This document shows, in pieces, positions 59,418 through 64,000 of a stretch of DNA of 64,000 bases. The position numbers and the translations under genes were made by a program. The notes under the pieces are model-generated. The model was not told where the DNA came from. It did no database searches and was given only the letters and a program-made list of their open reading frames with translations. This DNA comes from Prevotella sp. (GTDB lineage: Bacteria > Bacteroidota > Bacteroidia > Bacteroidales > Bacteroidaceae), in NCBI GenBank assembly GCA_017518935.1, contig JAFWTK010000223.1, forward strand, positions 1,503-65,502, written 5' to 3'. How positions within the stretch are numbered: position 1 is the first letter of the stretch; each line of letters opens with the position of its first letter.

Positions 59418-61265
59418 TTACTCGATGACTAACAACTTTTCTTTTATTTTCTCAGCGAGGTCTTTCAATAACTTGAAATTAGTAGAAAGAGAAGTTTTTG
59501 AAGGATTAAACTCTTCAGACAATTGTTTCTTAAAGGAGTCCATATTCCAGTTATTATACTTCTTCTTCTCTTTTAATATTGAAATAATTTGTATAAGCAG
59601 GGGTTTATCTTCAGATAGGGTTAATCCTGTTAAATCTTCATTATAATTAGATTTGTAATATTTAATAAATTGTGATTCAACGTATTTACACCCTAAAGTG
59701 TCCTCTATCGTTCCATGATCTATAATGCCTCCCACTAAATCTCGGATTGTGTAAACAGTTTCATCGTTATATGTGCCCCCTATCTTCAAAATGTTCTCTT
59801 TGTATTTACGTCCGTCCTTGTCGTCATCAGTTACAACCAATACGGAAATATTATCAAAGTTCATCTTTGATGCCAAAGTATCAATATTAGAACCATGTCC
59901 ATTAGTTATACCGATACCATTATAACCTAAACAATCGAATGCCTTTTGAAGAATTATTTTATCTGAAGCACCCTCAACTAAAACACTGTGCGGATTCAGT
60001 AAATCCCGATAAACGTTAATTCCAAAGGCCTCATTTAGCACTTCATCATCAATAATATTGTCATTTTCTCTGATTCTTGTAATTTCTGTGATTGCTTTCT
60101 TGTTCTTTTTTACAATATAATGTCTCTCTTTATGCTGCTTATCAATGATAAAAGGAGAGTGTGTGGCTAAAAAGACATAATTCTCATTCCCGACTTTTAA
60201 TAACTCTTTACCTAAATCTCTTATGCCAGATGGATGTAGGTGTACTTCTGGCTCATCTATTAAAATAATCTCATTCTTCCTCTCGTGATTTTCTGCTTCT
60301 AGTGACAGCGATAGAATAAGAGACAAAAACTGTTGGGCACCTTGGCTTCTGTCTGTTATTTCAAATCTATTATGCTCATTCTCTACGCCTTGATCCTTAA
60401 TGAGAAATGATAAATTCCCTGTATCTGCAATCTCGATAACAATACTAATTTTATTACTCCAAACCCTTCCAATATAATTATTAATTGCCGTATTTAGTTT
60501 GCTTGATAATATGCTTCTTTGAGTATGGTTTGATACTTTATCTATTATTTCTTTAATTTTATCTTCTGTATAGCCACTCAAATAAAATATATTTTTAAGG
60601 GGTTTACTTGAGTTTATATTTTCTTTAAATTTGTTTAAATTAATGTTTGACAAGATGTAATCTGGCGATGGTTTCCACATAGAAACCTCTGGTTCTTTCT
60701 TTTCTATCATTTCAGAAATGATTTTTCTGAAAAATTTCAAAAACAACTCTTTTGTAAGTAATTCAAACCCTTCAACACGTTTATTGTTAATAATATATTT
60801 GTCAACAGGATTATAGATGTTGTCATACCCTTGCCCTTTCTTAATAAATGTATTATTATCAAGAAGTTCTACATCATAGTCATATGAAGACTCAAATTTG
60901 TTTTTCTTTTTTTGAAGGGTAACTCTTTTTACAATATTATTAATCTTAAATTTAATTTTCTGCGGTTTGTTGCTCAAGTCAGTAATACCATTTATATTAC
61001 AATCATTATCTCCTAATTCTAAATAGAAACTAATTTCGCATTTTTCGTTGTTTTCAAGTTTTTGATTGCAAAAACTATCAAAAGAAACATTTACTTTTGG
61101 TACTTTGAAATACGACAACGCTTCAAGAATGTTACTCTTCCCTGATTCATTAATGCCAACAAAAATCTTGGTGTAACTATTACCAATTTTATCGAAATCT
61201 AATTCGATATGTTCTATTGATTTGAAATTATTGATAATAACTTTCTTGATAATCATATTTGACAT
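59418..61265 (-). CDS. OLD-family ABC ATPase + TOPRIM nuclease
   Basis: INNFKSI, Walker A GINESGKS, signature SQG, Walker B LIDEPEVHLHP, H-loop ATHSP, TOPRIM VLVEGASD and DDDKDG, and TIED. Confidence 0.85.
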   Translation of the reverse strand: MSNMIIKKVIINNFKSIEHIELDFDKIGNSYTKIFVGINESGKSNILEALSYFKVPKVNVSFDSFCNQKLENNEKCEISFYLELGDNDCNINGITDLSNKPQKIKFKINNIVKRVTLQKKKNKFESSYDYDVELLDNNTFIKKGQGYDNIYNPVDKYIINNKRVEGFELLTKELFLKFFRKIISEMIEKKEPEVSMWKPSPDYILSNINLNKFKENINSSKPLKNIFYLSGYTEDKIKEIIDKVSNHTQRSILSSKLNTAINNYIGRVWSNKISIVIEIADTGNLSFLIKDQGVENEHNRFEITDRSQGAQQFLSLILSLSLEAENHERKNEIILIDEPEVHLHPSGIRDLGKELLKVGNENYVFLATHSPFIIDKQHKERHYIVKKNKKAITEITRIRENDNIIDDEVLNEAFGINVYRDLLNPHSVLVEGASDKIILQKAFDCLGYNGIGITNGHGSNIDTLASKMNFDNISVLVVTDDDKDGRKYKENILKIGGTYNDETVYTIRDLVGGIIDHGTIEDTLGCKYVESQFIKYYKSNYNEDLTGLTLSEDKPLLIQIISILKEKKKYNNWNMDSFKKQLSEEFNPSKTSLSTNFKLLKDLAEKIKEKLLVIE

Positions 61266-61677
61266 AATTACAATATTAATATGTTATTTTATATTTCTTT
61301 CCTAATCTCGTCCAGACTTTCACATTATACACGTAACCTGGTTCCTTGTTGTTCATATTGTTTACGATATTACAATATTTTTAATATATCCTTATTGTAT
61401 ATAAATTAGACGTCATAAATGTACGTACATAAATTTTTCAATATTTGAGCGCAAATATACATAAAAAAACGGATACAACCTAATTAAACGAAGAAAAACT
61501 GCAGGTTTTGTCTAAAAGAAGCGTGAACTGTATTTCCTCATCTTTTGAGCAACGGGATTTATTTAAAGCATGCACCTCTTCTTCCGCATAATTGTAAGAG
61601 ATCATATTTTCTTATTTCTTGCATGATCTCCATTAGGGGCTTTATCCTTCCTGCTGGATCTCTAAAGGTTAGTACCA

Positions 61678-61971
61678 CTACTCTACGCAATACTTATTAT
61701 AGGCATCTTTATAAATATTCCTCTCTTCTTCTTGAAAAGCGGTTCTTCTATTATGTAATTCTGCCAATTGACCATAAATCTGTTGATAAATAATCTTGTG
61801 TGCAGGGTTGGGCAATGATGCCTCATCGTATGCATCCATCTCAAAATCCTCCTCTTCTATAGCAGCATGAGCAAGATTAAGCAAGTCTTCTTTGGTCATT
61901 TCTGTTACAACCATCCAGTTTCCGCCTCTTGAGAAATAGGCTTTCTGATCTTCAATTTTTAAGTGTTTCAT
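61678..61971 (-). CDS. Hypothetical acidic 97-aa protein coupled to the PHP-ATPase
   Basis: The start overlaps the last 20 nt of the upstream gene. Plausible composition, no known motif. Confidence 0.75.
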   Translation of the reverse strand: MKHLKIEDQKAYFSRGGNWMVVTEMTKEDLLNLAHAAIEEEDFEMDAYDEASLPNPAHKIIYQQIYGQLAELHNRRTAFQEEERNIYKDAYNKYCVE

Positions 61972-63991
61972 ATATGTCCTTTCTTTCTGAATATGCTTGT
62001 TCTCCAGCCTCCAGACTGTTCAATGTTATCTCATAGTTTTCAATCGCATTACCATCTACGTCTTTTAGGGCTTTGGCAGTGGGATATCCACTATATATAT
62101 TGAAATGAGGTCCATCTGTTTCTATCTTCTTTTCAGTATATAGAATATAATCTGGTTTTATTGAACCTCCTATCGTGTTATTATGTGTAGAAATAATAAC
62201 TGGCATATTTTCAGCCATCTCCTTAATAAACTTATTGACCTCATTCTTCAAGAAAATATTATCAAACGAAGACTCAGGCTCATCAATAATGAGAATGTCA
62301 CAAAGAATAGCGTCCTTGATTTTCTGCAAGAAGTTAAACTCTGAACGCTCTCCACCAGATACGGGCAACCCCGATGAATTAAGGATTCTATAGTCTATGG
62401 CAGCAAACAATTTATAAATGCGGTCAGTCTCAACACCAGCCGTCTTTAACTCCTCTAAATACAGAATGGGATTACTATATTTTGCAAACGCATTGATAAG
62501 TGAAACCTGTTTCAGTCCGACAGTTTTCAAATCAGTAGCATTCGCAAATGGGCGTGCAGACACGCTGATTGTAAAATGCCCTGCCTTCTCTGTACTAATT
62601 ATCCTATTTTTCTTAACCGCTATAGCTATCTGGTTAAACACCTCACGCTTTTTCTTATTGATGAAATAATGGAATAAGTCTATATCAGGAATACGAGGTG
62701 CCGCTGTTTTTAATTGTAACGACTCCTTTACCATCTTAATCATGTTATTGACCTCTTTGAAGTACTGATCCTGAACATATTCTTTCCGACATAGTTCTAT
62801 CAGTTCTTTCAAGAGTGCCTTCAGTGAGGCTTCGGGCAAATGCTTATTGATGATAGGCTTGTAGAGTTGTGATTCTAATAAGGTCAGTGTTGCTTTGATA
62901 AGTTTCTTTATCTCATCATTGCTCTGCTCTTTATAACCACTCTCATTGAATAATTTCGACTTTGAGAACACATCGTTTACATCGCTCTGCTGTGCAGAAG
63001 TCATCACTGCATCAAGATATTTCTGCAATTTTATCTCATCTTCTTCGGCAGAGCAAGTCTTCAGCATATCTGTAACTATAGCACTAAATTCATGCAAGTA
63101 ATCTTCTGCCGAGTTTTCTTGTCTAACCTTCAAATCACTTTCAAATTGATCCGAGTCGTTCTTACCAGTATTGAGCAATTCAAACTGTTTAATGTATTTT
63201 GCCCTTCCTTCAAAACGGTTTGCAATGGCATTCAATGTATAGGTTTTTCCTGTTGAACGCTTCCCAAACATAATATTGAGCCCTGTTGATAACATCTGCC
63301 CATTGGGGAATATCTGAAAAAGTTCAATACCTTTTTCTGAGGTTAGTGAAATTTTTGTCTTATCCATCAGGCAGAGTTTCAGCGTGTTGATATTTACTTG
63401 ATCAACATCAAAAAAAGTATGACTGACAGGATACTGATCTGGAGTAATACCTTTTTCAACTCTGAAATCGCTGAAATAGACAGGAGTAAGTTCCGACTCC
63501 TCCTTCTCCATATAAATAAACTTCTTTACGCTCGACACCTCACCTGCTAGAATGTTCCTCCCTAATTTCTCAATAATATCCTTATGGAGTTTTGGATCCT
63601 TCTCATAATGTGGTATGAGTAAATATTTACCTAAGTCACAAAATATCCGTGTGAATGTGTCGTAAGTAATAAAATCTTCTTGTGTTTTAATTAGATTCTT
63701 TACATCTTCACACTTAGTATTAAAGTCAAATAAAGTACCGTCATCATTATTCGCTATAACAAGAATATGCCCTTTCTCCAAATCCACTTCTATACCTGGT
63801 AGTACAACGGTGTTTGGTAAAGCGTTCTTTATCTCTTGAAACTGCGTGTAGTCAAACAGGTTGTGATTTGTTATAGCAATGACATCCAGACCTGTCTTCG
63901 CTACATAATCCACCAAGACGTTTTTGTCATACGTAAACAACCTGTCCGACACAGATGGTACTGTATGAATATGTAGGTCGCATCTTTTCAT
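61952..63991 (-). CDS. PHP-domain + ABC/SMC-type ATPase (Ppl/TrlF-like anti-phage protein)
   Basis: PHP motifs DLHIHT, ITNHN, GIEV and FSD; Walker A GKRSTGKT; helical linker; SGGE, IIDEPE and STHN. Confidence 0.8.
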   Translation of the reverse strand: MKRCDLHIHTVPSVSDRLFTYDKNVLVDYVAKTGLDVIAITNHNLFDYTQFQEIKNALPNTVVLPGIEVDLEKGHILVIANNDDGTLFDFNTKCEDVKNLIKTQEDFITYDTFTRIFCDLGKYLLIPHYEKDPKLHKDIIEKLGRNILAGEVSSVKKFIYMEKEESELTPVYFSDFRVEKGITPDQYPVSHTFFDVDQVNINTLKLCLMDKTKISLTSEKGIELFQIFPNGQMLSTGLNIMFGKRSTGKTYTLNAIANRFEGRAKYIKQFELLNTGKNDSDQFESDLKVRQENSAEDYLHEFSAIVTDMLKTCSAEEDEIKLQKYLDAVMTSAQQSDVNDVFSKSKLFNESGYKEQSNDEIKKLIKATLTLLESQLYKPIINKHLPEASLKALLKELIELCRKEYVQDQYFKEVNNMIKMVKESLQLKTAAPRIPDIDLFHYFINKKKREVFNQIAIAVKKNRIISTEKAGHFTISVSARPFANATDLKTVGLKQVSLINAFAKYSNPILYLEELKTAGVETDRIYKLFAAIDYRILNSSGLPVSGGERSEFNFLQKIKDAILCDILIIDEPESSFDNIFLKNEVNKFIKEMAENMPVIISTHNNTIGGSIKPDYILYTEKKIETDGPHFNIYSGYPTAKALKDVDGNAIENYEITLNSLEAGEQAYSERKDIYETLKN

Positions 63992-64000
63992 AATCCTTAA

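Larger units (their letters stand above)
55720..64000 (-). other. AT-rich defence/genomic island, continuing past the window end
   Basis: Visible shift to AT-rich sequence and a co-oriented cluster of nuclease/ATPase genes. No integrase or att site is seen in the window. Confidence 0.7.

Noticed and set aside
59418-61265. Calling the OLD gene Gabija or a retron system
   Set aside because: No UvrD helicase or reverse transcriptase is present in the window.
61559-61678. 39-codon GTG-start ORF on minus right after the 97-aa gene
   Set aside because: Too short, with no recognisable motif; cannot be distinguished from chance.
1-64000. tRNA, rRNA, IS transposase or integrase
   Set aside because: None was recognised by eye; a covariance-model scan would be needed to exclude small RNAs.

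Overview
Bacteroidales chromosome segment, most likely a Prevotella/Xylanibacter-type organism (inferred from gene content, TAnnTTTG -7 promoter boxes and short intergenic repeats). Left to right: (1) An arginine/proline biosynthesis cluster (argR, GNAT, argG, argC ... argD, proC, XRE-cupin, acyl-CoA synthetase, yraN, proB, proA, argF'). It is split between argC and argD by a ~17 kb locus with two SusC/SusD pairs and three fasciclin-type lipoproteins but no CAZyme. (2) A beta-mannan-type PUL (SusC, SusD, two surface proteins, GH5, GH26, manA) whose GH26 lacks the catalytic acid/base segment. (3) Housekeeping genes (ddl, rluD, PASTA protein, rpmH, efp, GT2, radC, lpxH-like, PfkB kinase). (4) An HU-like/'smalltalk' cassette. 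(5) An AT-rich, all-minus-strand defence island from ~55.8 kb to the window end, encoding a Ppl-like PHP-ABC ATPase with an overlapping 97-aa partner, an OLD-type ATPase/TOPRIM nuclease, a membrane-anchored HEPN-like protein, an XRE regulator, YhcG and a broken P-loop NTPase/PD-(D/E)xK nuclease gene. The best candidates for undescribed biology are the gene pairs in the defence island, the degenerate GH26 and the transporter-only fasciclin locus. All family calls come from motif recognition by eye; no searches were run.
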